From assembly GCA_965223845.1 (NCBI GenBank), contig CBDCXR010000004.1, positions 3,968,001 to 4,032,000 of the forward strand: a stretch of 64,000 nt of DNA. The letters are read 5' to 3'. The stretch comes from Planctomycetota bacterium. Its GTDB lineage: Bacteria > Planctomycetota > UBA8108 > SXIK01. The notes beneath the pieces are model-generated. The model was given only the letters and a program-made list of their open reading frames with translations, ran no database searches and was not told the origin of the DNA. Within the stretch, counting starts at the first letter, position 1. Each line of letters opens with the position of its first letter. Shown in pieces: positions 45,632-55,200 of the stretch. The translations under genes and the position numbers were made by a program.

Positions 45632-46156
45632 TCAGCTGACTCCGCGCGAGGATGATCGAGCGCTCGCAGCGCCCTCCGCGGTAGCCGCGACCTCCTCGTC
45701 GTCGCCGGTGGATCTCTCGCCGGCGGAGCGATCGTCGTTCGCTCTCTCTTCCTGAGAACGGCTCGCGCGCGCCGCCACCGAGCGTTCCGCCACCGCCTGA
45801 ATCCGCTCGCAGAGCACGGTCAAACTGACCGGTTTGACGACGACTTCCGTCGCGCCGACGAGAAGCGCCCGGGTTTGAAACTGAGCGTCGTCTTCGGCGG
45901 CGAGCAGGATGGCCGGCGTGGGTAAGTTCGCCTCCTTGCGCATCCACTCGATGAAGGAGAGGCCGTCGAGCACCGGCATCAGCAGATCGACAACGACCGC
46001 GTCGAGCTCCTCCTCGCGGGCGAGGCGCTGCGCGGCGTCGAGGTCGGCGCCGCTCAGCACCTCGAACCCCTGGAGCTCGAGGCCGTACGTGACGAGTTGT
46101 CGGTACTCCAGATCGTCCGCGACGACTTGGACGCGAACCGGAAGAGAATCAGACAT
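45632..46156 (-). CDS. single-domain response regulator (receiver)
   Basis: ADD, VVDLLMPVLDGL and KP motifs; disordered tail with no output domain. Confidence 0.88.
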   Translation of the reverse strand: MSDSLPVRVQVVADDLEYRQLVTYGLELQGFEVLSGADLDAAQRLAREEELDAVVVDLLMPVLDGLSFIEWMRKEANLPTPAILLAAEDDAQFQTRALLVGATEVVVKPVSLTVLCERIQAVAERSVAARASRSQEERANDDRSAGERSTGDDEEVAATAEGAASARSSSRGVS

Positions 46157-46621
46157 GAATTGTCCGAGTTCGGGGGGGCTTTCGCGGTGGAGAAACGCGC
46201 CGCTTCGGGACATACCGGCGGCCGCTCGCTCGGATCACCACCGGTCGCCGTGCACGGAGCCGGCAGGCGATGCGACGCTCAGCGCGTACGGCTCCGACGC
46301 GGCCAACAGGCCAGCGAAACCGGCGCGGAGCTCGCGCGCCACGGCGACACGACCGAGTCCGATGAGAGACCCGAGAGTCAGCTCGCTCGACGACCCGGCG
46401 CGGCCGCTTCAGAGTCTGGGTGGGGATCGTTCGCGAAGGCCCGATCCGAGTGAACCGAGAGTGCGCGGACTCTCTCTTCGTCGGCACAAAGGACGCAGAC
46501 AGCGAAGCGCGTTGGTGCCATCTCGGAACTCCGCCGACGGACCTCCCGATCCAATCCGCGAAACGTGCTTCACCTCGCTTCGCGAAGCGCCCCGGAACCC
46601 GAGTCCGGACTCTGCCCGAGT

Positions 46622-49315
46622 TCAGATAAATCTCGCGAGGCGGATCGTCAGCCGAATGCCGGATCCCACTTCGCTGTCCCCGTCGATCGAACCGCCCCAG
46701 CTCTCGAGCCACCGCGCCGCATCGCGGAGAGCCTGAAACTCCTCCGATCCGTGCGCATCGCCGAAGAGGTAGCCGCGGAGCACGTCCGCCGGGATTCCAA
46801 ATCCGTGATTGCGAAACTGAAGCTCGACCTCGTGCTCGGACTCTCCGATGACGGCTTCAATCTGGGACCCCTCGGCGGCGTCGGCGTAGAGTGTGTATAC
46901 AACCGCAGTCAGCATCTGTTCGAGACGATCGGTCGCGGCGAGGACGTAGCTGACGACGTACGGCTGTCGAAGCTGCAGCGAAACTCCCTTCTGAAGGAGC
47001 ATTTCCGCGGTCGACTCGACGACGTTCGCCATCACCCGCTGGGGATCGACGGGAAACCGTTCCACGTCGGCGAGCTCTGCGTCCCAATGGAGATACTGCT
47101 TGCACTCTGCGAGCGCCTGGACGGAGTGCTCGACCTTCGAGTGAATGACGTCCGCGATCGGTTGGCACTTCCGGCCGGAGACTTCGCCCGTGCCCAGGAT
47201 CGACGACGCCATCTCGATGGCCGAAAGATCGTCGCGGATCCGAAGACTCAAGCGGTCGGCCAGACGGGAGCGCATTTCGGTCAGGCGAGTCATCGACGTC
47301 ACGTCGACCAGCTCGCACAGAACGGTTTTCGAAACGATGGTGTCCGCCGCCTGCCCCGACTCGCGTCGATCCGCGATGAGCGGCTTCAGATGGAGCATCC
47401 AACAGTGATCCGGCGTCGACTGGAGGGTCACGGGAAACGACACCGAGTGGTTGTCGAGAATCACGTGGCGGAGGATTCGGCGCGACCCGGCGATGTCGTG
47501 ATCGCTCAGCGCGAGAACCAAATCGAGCGCCGTCATCTCGTGAGGAGACAGACGTTCTTTCTTGAGCGTCGCGACGAGGAAGTCGTTTACCTGAAGCACG
47601 CGACCGAACACATCGTAGATCACGATCCCGGTCGTCACGCGGTTGAGAACCGCCTCGAGCACGGACAAGCGGTGATGGAGGAGACTCAGGGTCGCCCGCA
47701 GCGAGCGAAAATCCGACCCTCTCGTGTGGGCGATGCTCCCTCGCCGACCGTCGTCCTCGCTGTCGCTCTGGCGCCGCTGGATGTGGTAGAGCAGCTCGCT
47801 CAAACGTCGCCCAAAGTCGACGACGATGCGGTGGAAACGCTGAACCGAGGCTGCCTTAGCGGTGTCGACGGAAAACGCCCAGAATCCGAGCAACTGACCG
47901 CAGAAGCTCAGGGCGCAGATGTACTGTTCCTCTTCGGCTCCGCCTCGTCGAAAGAAGCGCTCGACTCGAATCGGCTCTTTGGCGGCGATCGCGTCGGTGT
48001 ACGGGGAGCGCTGGATGTCGCGGCGCTCCTCGGCGAGGTCATCCTCAGTGCAGTGGAACGAACAGGTCGCTCGAACGCGAGCGCGCCGCGTTCCGAGCTC
48101 GAAAACGATCATCCGATTGAGATCGAGCGTCTGGTGGATCATGTGCATCACGAGGTCCCACGGGGTGGACGACTCGTAGAGATGCGCCGGCCAATACTTG
48201 TCGCGGAGTTGGCTCCGTGAGTCGGAAGTGATCGAGCGCAGCTCTCTCGCGGATTCACCGACTCGGACCACGAGGAGGCAGAGGAGCGCGCCGCCTTGGC
48301 AGAGTACGATTTCCGTCGTGGGAATCCACAGGTCCCACCCGAGAAACGCGACGACGACGAGGGCGATTTCACCGCCGGCCGCGATCAGACTCGGCACGAG
48401 GGGGACGCGACGCGTCGCTTGACGTACGAGGAGAAACGGGACCATTCCCAGCACGATGACGAGGAGGATCCGTGAGAGGGGGGAGATCAGAACGAGACGG
48501 CGATCGCCGAGGAGAGTCGTCAGCGCATGTCCTTGGTATTCGAGCATCGTCATCCGACGCGAATCGGATGTCGTCGACGTGAACAGTCGAGCGTCCGTCT
48601 GCCGGTAGGTCGCGCCGACGAGTGCGATCCGTCCTCGGACGAGTGGCTCGACGAGATCGCCGGCGAGAATGCGCGTTGCGGTGATCGTCGGGAGGCTGTT
48701 GACTCCACCGACGAAGTCGACCCGGTAGACGCTCTCCGGCTCGCTCTCCGCTAGACGACCCTCCCGGCGCGCGACGACCCACTCGAGCGCGGGAAGCGCT
48801 CTTCCCGCGACGGAGGCCTCGCCCCACTGCTCGCGGTGAATCCCGCCCACTGCGGGCGGAAGACGCACGACGCCGACTCTCTCCTCGAGCTCGTAGCGCG
48901 CGATGACTTCGGGTAGGTCCTCGGCGACGAGGATGGCCGGCTCGACAGCGTCCGGGTAAACGGCACGCCCGAACACGATCGGCGACTCACGTGCGGTGCT
49001 GTAAAGCTCTAGCCAGTCCGCCGGCGGCACGAAATTGAAGACGATCTGCCGCGCGCCGAGCTCTCGCAGCCGATTGACCACATCGAGAACGCGCTCTTCC
49101 GAATTCGCGGCGCCGTGCTGGTCGAGCTCCACGATCAGCACCCGCGACTCGACGTCTCGCGCTCGACTGCGCAGCTTCATCAACGCGTCGTAGAGGATGC
49201 CGTCCGGCGCATCGAACACGCCGGCGACTCCGAGCAGGCAGAGCACTAGCGCGAGCGCGGGGCCGACGCTCAACCCGAGCAGAGGCCCTCCACCGACGCC
49301 AGACCCGAGCTTCAT
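46622..49315 (-). CDS. CHASE2-domain sensor with GAF/PAS-like and degenerate histidine kinase domains
   Basis: LYD, VLIVELD, GARQIVF, RGRIALVGAT and EYQGHAL CHASE2 motifs; three TM helices; PAS-like GIVIYD..G; HATPase-like C-terminus. Confidence 0.8.
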   Translation of the reverse strand: MKLGSGVGGGPLLGLSVGPALALVLCLLGVAGVFDAPDGILYDALMKLRSRARDVESRVLIVELDQHGAANSEERVLDVVNRLRELGARQIVFNFVPPADWLELYSTARESPIVFGRAVYPDAVEPAILVAEDLPEVIARYELEERVGVVRLPPAVGGIHREQWGEASVAGRALPALEWVVARREGRLAESEPESVYRVDFVGGVNSLPTITATRILAGDLVEPLVRGRIALVGATYRQTDARLFTSTTSDSRRMTMLEYQGHALTTLLGDRRLVLISPLSRILLVIVLGMVPFLLVRQATRRVPLVPSLIAAGGEIALVVVAFLGWDLWIPTTEIVLCQGGALLCLLVVRVGESARELRSITSDSRSQLRDKYWPAHLYESSTPWDLVMHMIHQTLDLNRMIVFELGTRRARVRATCSFHCTEDDLAEERRDIQRSPYTDAIAAKEPIRVERFFRRGGAEEEQYICALSFCGQLLGFWAFSVDTAKAASVQRFHRIVVDFGRRLSELLYHIQRRQSDSEDDGRRGSIAHTRGSDFRSLRATLSLLHHRLSVLEAVLNRVTTGIVIYDVFGRVLQVNDFLVATLKKERLSPHEMTALDLVLALSDHDIAGSRRILRHVILDNHSVSFPVTLQSTPDHCWMLHLKPLIADRRESGQAADTIVSKTVLCELVDVTSMTRLTEMRSRLADRLSLRIRDDLSAIEMASSILGTGEVSGRKCQPIADVIHSKVEHSVQALAECKQYLHWDAELADVERFPVDPQRVMANVVESTAEMLLQKGVSLQLRQPYVVSYVLAATDRLEQMLTAVVYTLYADAAEGSQIEAVIGESEHEVELQFRNHGFGIPADVLRGYLFGDAHGSEEFQALRDAARWLESWGGSIDGDSEVGSGIRLTIRLARFI

Positions 49316-49702
49316 TCCGCTTCGTCTCCGCTTGTTGCCGCGTTTCGGAACTAGCCGTCCGTTGAAGATCTTTCGGCCGAGAACTCGACTCGTTCTCGCC
49401 CAGCCGGCTGCGTCGATCTTCGAGAACTGTGGAGATGGACTGCGTTCGCCGCAGCCAGGCGAAACGCGTACGAGCAAGTTCTCGATGCGAAGCAACTTTC
49501 AACGGGCTGCTCACTGCACCTTCTTTCTATCTCGGCCGGTTTCCTCTCGATCCGCCGGTGTCTGCGAGCAAAAGCACCGACGACGCTTTCCGATAAGGAC
49601 CCCGGATAGGTTCCGGCTCAGTTGCCGCGTTCCCCGGCGAAGGTATACTTCCGAGCCCATCTTTGCGTCTCGCCGCGACATCTCCCGTCCAACGGACCAG
49701 CG

Positions 49703-52234
49703 ATGATCCGCCTCGGAACTTCGTTCTGCCTCGCGATATCGGCACTTCTTCTTGCCGGCTGCGCGAGTCAGCACTTGCTCGCTGTCAAAGATCGGGACAT
49801 TCGTGAGCTTCGGCTTCAAAACGGACGGAAGCAGGAGGCGCTCGTACGGAGCCTGAAGACCGCGGAGTCTCTCCGCGATCAAGTGGATACGCTCGAGTAC
49901 GAACGGCGAGAGCTGCAGCGAGAGGTGGCCAGCCTCAATACGTCCGTCGAGTTCCAGCGGCAGACGGCGGACCGGCTCGACGGGGAGAACACCCGTCTGC
50001 GGGGGAAGCTTCGCGAAGCGGAATTGACTCAGGAGCGACTGCGGCAGAGCCACGACGATCTGAAGAAGGTTCTCAATTCGACGGTGAAGCAGATCGCGCG
50101 CCCATCTCTCGGAGCCTCGCTCGGCGAGGGTGAACCCTGGGAGATCGGTCGTCTCCGCGCGCAACTGAACGAGCTCCGCGCGCAGCTCCTCCGCGAGCGC
50201 AAGCGCGCGCCGGCCGCCCTCGACAGCGCGGCCGGGACCGACTCCGTCGAGACACTGACGCGACTCGCGGCGTCGCCCGTCGCGAGAGGTGACTCCTCCC
50301 TCGTAGCGGTGACGAGAGCGCCATCGTCGACCCCGTCCTGGCTCTGGCCGGTGATCGCGATCGGTGGACTCGGTCTCGCGTTCGTCGCTCTATTCTCCGT
50401 GGTTCTGATCGTCGCCCTCCGGCGACAAACTCCCGTGGTCGTCGAAGGGCGGAGCTCGGTCGAGACGATCGCCGTGGAAACGCCCGGCGAGAGCGCCGCG
50501 GAGCCCGACCTCGCTCCAGAGCCCCCGATCGACCTTCCTACGGTCGATACCGAGGCAACCGCCGCCGAATTCGACGCCGCCTTCGAAGACGCGTTCGGCG
50601 GAAACGACGACGGCACCGGCCTTGCCGTCGCCCCGTCGACGGACGCTCAACCGGCGCAGGACTCGGAGTTCATCAACGTGAGTCCACTGCGCAGCGACGA
50701 CTCGGTCGGAGCGAGCGGCGGTGGCGGGTCGACCGGAATCAGCGGAGGGGTCGCGAGCAAGGAGGAAGTCGAAAGCGCGCTCGAGTCGAGCTGGGAGAGC
50801 ATCGTTCCGAACGAATCGGCGACGGAGAGCGAAACGGGTGAACGAAGCGATGCGCCCGAGCCTAGCTCTTCGCCGAGCGACGATTCTCCGAACGAAGACG
50901 CGGCGCTCAACGAGACGAGTGACGGTCGCCGGTCGTTCGACATGGTCGATACAAATCCGGCCGCGGAAGCGGAAGCAGAAGCGACCGCGTCCGACGGCGG
51001 CGCCGCACGGAGCTTCGCCGACGCGCTCGTCGACACCAGCCTCCAGGAGACCGCGCTGATGTCGACACTCGACTGGTCGGAGGACGACGGCACCGTCGAG
51101 ATGCGACCCGTCTCCGCACCTCCGCTCGAGGCTCGCGGCGCGACGCAGCTTCTCCCGGACCCCGAAGAGCACGAAGCGGCGATGGGGATCGGGGCCGCAC
51201 CGATTCCACCGGCACGCGAGATCGACGAGAGCGACGCCGAATTCTCCCACACTCAAGTGTTGCCGGAAGTTCCCGCGACGCCGGCGGATCCCGACGACCC
51301 TGAGTTCTCGTCGACGCAACTCCTTCCCGACGTCGACTCGAACGTCTTCAGTGGCGACGTGAACCCCGACGACGAAGAGTTCGCGTCGACGCAAGTCTTG
51401 CCGGAAATCGTGGCCGCGACGCTCGAGTCGGACCAACTCGAGGCGAGCGCTAGCGACGAACGCCCGGAAGATTTCTCGAGTACGCAAGAGTTGCCCGGAA
51501 TTTCGCCGGGCTATGCGACGGCTCCCGATCGCGAAGCGGTGCCGAGGGCACCCGGCGACGGAGCCACACCGGTGGCAGTGACGACAGAGGCAGACACTCG
51601 CATGGACGATCGCGAAACGAGCGAAGCAGCGGACGCGACCGCGGAGACATTCGAGCTCGACGAGCTGAGTCAGACGAAGACCGATGCGAACGACATCGTT
51701 CTCATCGCCGGCGAGGAGCCGGGAACACCGGTCGAGGGAGAAGGCGAAACGGTCGTCGCGGTCGACGAGCCAGAGGACGACGGCGAAGAATACTCCGTTC
51801 GCCTCCTCGACGACGCGACGGATGATGCGTCGCCGTGGTCGTCCGACGAGCTCCCCGACGTGGACGCCGTGCCGTCGCCCACCGGAGTGGTCGACGCCGA
51901 CTCCGAGCACCGCGAAGGGTCGCCACCGCTTCTCGACGAGTTTCAATCGACGCAGGTCCTCGACGATCAGGTGAGCGACGAGGCCGCCACTCGGTCGGAC
52001 ACGTCGCTTCTCGATGAATTCGCTCCTCTCGTCGACGATGTCCTGACCGAGACGCAGGTGATGGACGCAATCGATCTTCCGCTCCCGAGCGAATCTTCGC
52101 CGTCGACCGGCGACGAGTTCGCGCATACGGGGCTTCTCGGAGACACGAGCGCGTTCGCTCCCGACGGCCATGACGCCGCGGCGAGCCGCGAGCTCATCGA
52201 CGATCTCGAAGATCTCCTCGAGAAGGACCGCTGA
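49703..52234 (+). CDS. lipoprotein with coiled coil, TM helix and long acidic repeat-containing tail
   Basis: ATG 49703 then LLAGC lipobox; heptad coiled coil; WLWPVIAIGG...IVAL TM; D/E-rich tail. Confidence 0.75.
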   Translation: MIRLGTSFCLAISALLLAGCASQHLLAVKDRDIRELRLQNGRKQEALVRSLKTAESLRDQVDTLEYERRELQREVASLNTSVEFQRQTADRLDGENTRLRGKLREAELTQERLRQSHDDLKKVLNSTVKQIARPSLGASLGEGEPWEIGRLRAQLNELRAQLLRERKRAPAALDSAAGTDSVETLTRLAASPVARGDSSLVAVTRAPSSTPSWLWPVIAIGGLGLAFVALFSVVLIVALRRQTPVVVEGRSSVETIAVETPGESAAEPDLAPEPPIDLPTVDTEATAAEFDAAFEDAFGGNDDGTGLAVAPSTDAQPAQDSEFINVSPLRSDDSVGASGGGGSTGISGGVASKEEVESALESSWESIVPNESATESETGERSDAPEPSSSPSDDSPNEDAALNETSDGRRSFDMVDTNPAAEAEAEATASDGGAARSFADALVDTSLQETALMSTLDWSEDDGTVEMRPVSAPPLEARGATQLLPDPEEHEAAMGIGAAPIPPAREIDESDAEFSHTQVLPEVPATPADPDDPEFSSTQLLPDVDSNVFSGDVNPDDEEFASTQVLPEIVAATLESDQLEASASDERPEDFSSTQELPGISPGYATAPDREAVPRAPGDGATPVAVTTEADTRMDDRETSEAADATAETFELDELSQTKTDANDIVLIAGEEPGTPVEGEGETVVAVDEPEDDGEEYSVRLLDDATDDASPWSSDELPDVDAVPSPTGVVDADSEHREGSPPLLDEFQSTQVLDDQVSDEAATRSDTSLLDEFAPLVDDVLTETQVMDAIDLPLPSESSPSTGDEFAHTGLLGDTSAFAPDGHDAAASRELIDDLEDLLEKDR
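51137..52140 (+). repeat. protein-level repeat (E/D)F(S/A/Q)(S/H)TQ(V/L/E)L(P/D), eight copies including degenerate ones
   Basis: GATQLLPD, EFSHTQVLPE, EFSSTQLLPD, EFASTQVLPE, DFSSTQELPG, EFQSTQVLDD, LTETQVMD, EFAHTGLLGD. Confidence 0.85.
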
Positions 52235-52258
52235 CACGGCGCCGATCCGAGCTCGGAT

Positions 52259-55200
52259 CTAACCCTGGCGCAACTCGCGACGCCCACCGTCGCCCGAGAA
52301 CCGCTCCCGGTACCGCCGCGGAACGTCGACGCGCAGCTCCTCGAGCAGGCGGCCACAGCTCGCCTGTTCGACCTCCGCCTCCTCGAGCCGGCCCCAGTTC
52401 CGGAGCAGAGCGCGCAGAAACATGTGGGAACGTAGCTCGAGGGGGCGGTAACCGAATCGCTTCGCCATCTTGGTCGCGACGCGAAGGCTCCTCTCCGCGT
52501 TCTCGCTCTCTTCAAGCGCCGCTTCGAACAGCCCGCGCGCGACTTGGAACCGGCAGCGAAGATAGGCGAGATCGAGCTTCTTCGCGAGGAAGGCCCCCTC
52601 CGTCAAATTGAGGAACGCCTGCTCCTCGTCGCGGTTCCGGAGCGCGAAGAGGCCGTACTCGAGATAGAGCCAGGCGAGGTCGCGCTCGCTGCCCTCGTCG
52701 CTGAAAAGATTCGTCGCCGTTTCGAACGTCCTTGCGGCGGCGTCGACTTGACCCTTCTTCGCGAAGAGTGCTCCTTCGAGCATCCGCGCTCGCCCTTCGA
52801 CGACGCGAAGCCCGTTTCGCGTTGCTACGTCGACGAGCCAGGTCAGATTGCGACGGACCTCGCCCTGGTCATCGAGAGCGTCGAAGATCTGGCCGCGGAG
52901 GAGAAGGACCGCACCGACGAGGCGAGGCTGCTTGCTCGTGAGCGCGTTCCTGAGCGCCTGATTGCACTTTTCGAGCGCACGATCAAAGTATCCCTGCTGA
53001 TACGACCACTCCCCTTGGAGATAGACCGACCAGCTCCGGGCGGCGGATAGAGGCCGGCGACGCCGAAGCGCGCGCTGTGCCTTGCGCACGTAGCGCTCGG
53101 CCGTCCCGGTGTCGCCGCGATCGGCGGAGGCCGCTCCGAGAGTCGAGTACGCGGCCTCGATGTACTCGAGATCACCGAGCCGGCGGCAAGCGTCGAGGAG
53201 TCGATCGATCGTGTGGCGTGAAGCTTCGTAGTCGCCCAGCCAACGCTCGACTTCGCCGAGCAACGAGAGCGCCGCGACGCGTCCGCGCAGATTTCCCGTC
53301 CGCTCGTACACGGCGAGGGCCTTCTCGACGTGAGGACGAGCACGTTGAGGACAGTCGAGTTCCGCCTCGACCCGTGCGAGCTCGAGAAGGCAGTCCGCCT
53401 GAGCGTCGTACGCTCTCTGCTCCCTGCGGAGGAGCAAGCTGAGTTGAAACTGCTTCAGCGCCTGCCGCAAGTTTCCGCGATAGCGGTAGTACCGTCCGCG
53501 GCAGAAGAGACTTTCCGCGAGGAGTTGATCGTCGCGCTGAGCGTCGAGAAGCCGGACGGCGCGTTGACAGCTCGCGGCGCTGCTGTCTCGATCGCCGAGC
53601 CGGTCGTAATTCTCCGCCGCGACGAGCTCGAGCTCCGCCCGGCGCGTCGCGTCTCCCTCGATCATATCGCCTGAGAAAGCCGCTCGACACGCGCGGAGAC
53701 TCGTGACGTTGCGTCCGCGGGCGAGCTCGAGCCACGCCCGCTCGGCTTCGAACTCGCTCTCGTCCCCCACGATCGCTTCCGTTTCGCTCCGCCGCGTTCG
53801 CGCGGCCAGAATCGCGTCGGCGTCGGCGAATCTGCCGAGCCGCGTTCGCGCGCGGAGCGCGTGGAGGTCGAGCTCGCGCTCGGTCGCCTCCCCGCCGGCC
53901 GTGCGCGAGAGCTGGAGCACACCAGCGTAGTCGCCGACGTGGAGGTAGAGTCTCGCCATCTCCCGCCTCACCTGCGTTTCGAGATCCTGTCGCCCCTTGG
54001 CGACGTCGAGCACGCGAGCGTACGTCTCGATCGCTTCTGAAACCGCGAACTCGGACGCGTAGGCGCGGGCCGCCTCGAGTCCGTAGGTCATCCCCTTCTC
54101 GCGCTGCTCGCACAAGAGGAAGTGCCGCGCGAGCTCCTTGTGGTGCACCCGTCCTTGGGCGAGGAAGTGCTCCTCGAGCAGCGCTCCGAGTCGGCGGTGG
54201 AGCGCGGCTCGCTTCTCCGGTTGGATCCTGCCGTAAAGCATCGACTTCGCCGTCTCGTGGACGAATCCCAGCTCCTCCTCCGCGGTCCGCCCGGCCGCTT
54301 CACGCAGGACTCCCTCCCTGAGGAGAGTCTTCTTGAGTCCGTCGATTGAAGCGGCTCGAAGTCCGGCGACCTGCCCGGCGACTTCGGGTACGCATACGTG
54401 CTGCATGCACGAGAGCGCGATCGCGAGGTGAAGCGCGTCGGTGGAGAGTCGCGAGAGACGCTCTTGGAGCTCGCGCCGGATCTTTCCCGGCAACTCGACG
54501 GATTCGAACTCGGGGTCTAGAACCCATCCCGAAGGGACTCGCGAGAGGAGTCCGCGCCGGAGTAGAAACGAGAGGATCTCCTGGACCGCGACGATGTTCC
54601 CGTCGCTCTCCTCGTAGAGCCGTCGCGCGAACACGCTCGGGAACCGTCCGCCCGGAAACGCCTGCCGGAGGAGCCGCCCGACGGTGCTCTCGTCGTGCCG
54701 GCGGAGAACGACCTCGAACACCTGAGCCTTCAGCCTTCGCTTGTTGCTGAGGCGCTCGAAGGGACCTCGCTCGACCCCCTCGCGCTCGCCGAGCGATCCC
54801 ACGACAAAAAGACGTCCCCCCTGAATCTGCTCCGAGGCCTGAGTCGCCACCAGCGTCTCGACGAAGCGCGTGAACGTCGCTCCGGCGAGCTCGAGGCGAG
54901 AGAAGCAGATGACAAGCGGAAGGTCGCGGCTCACCTCGACGAGTCCGCGCACGATGTCGAGAATCGCCCGCTGCACTCCCCGACTCCACTTGCCACCGCG
55001 GTCCGGAGCGGCGACTTCGAAGTGTTTTCCGCCGCGGTAAAACGTCGAGAGCCGAGCCCGCAGAGACGGCCAGACGAGTCGCGAAACATCGCTGACGATC
55101 CGACCGAGGGCGGCTTCATCCGAGTGGGGCTTCTCCGAGCAAGAGAACCGAAGGAATGGTATCCCACAAGTTTGGACGTGCATCCTCAGACGGTCGACGA

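Noticed and set aside
51137-51510. Spaced DNA near-repeats (GAGTTC...TCGACGCAA) suggesting CRISPR
   Set aside because: Degenerate, irregularly spaced and in frame within a CDS; they encode the TQxLP peptide repeat. No cas genes seen.
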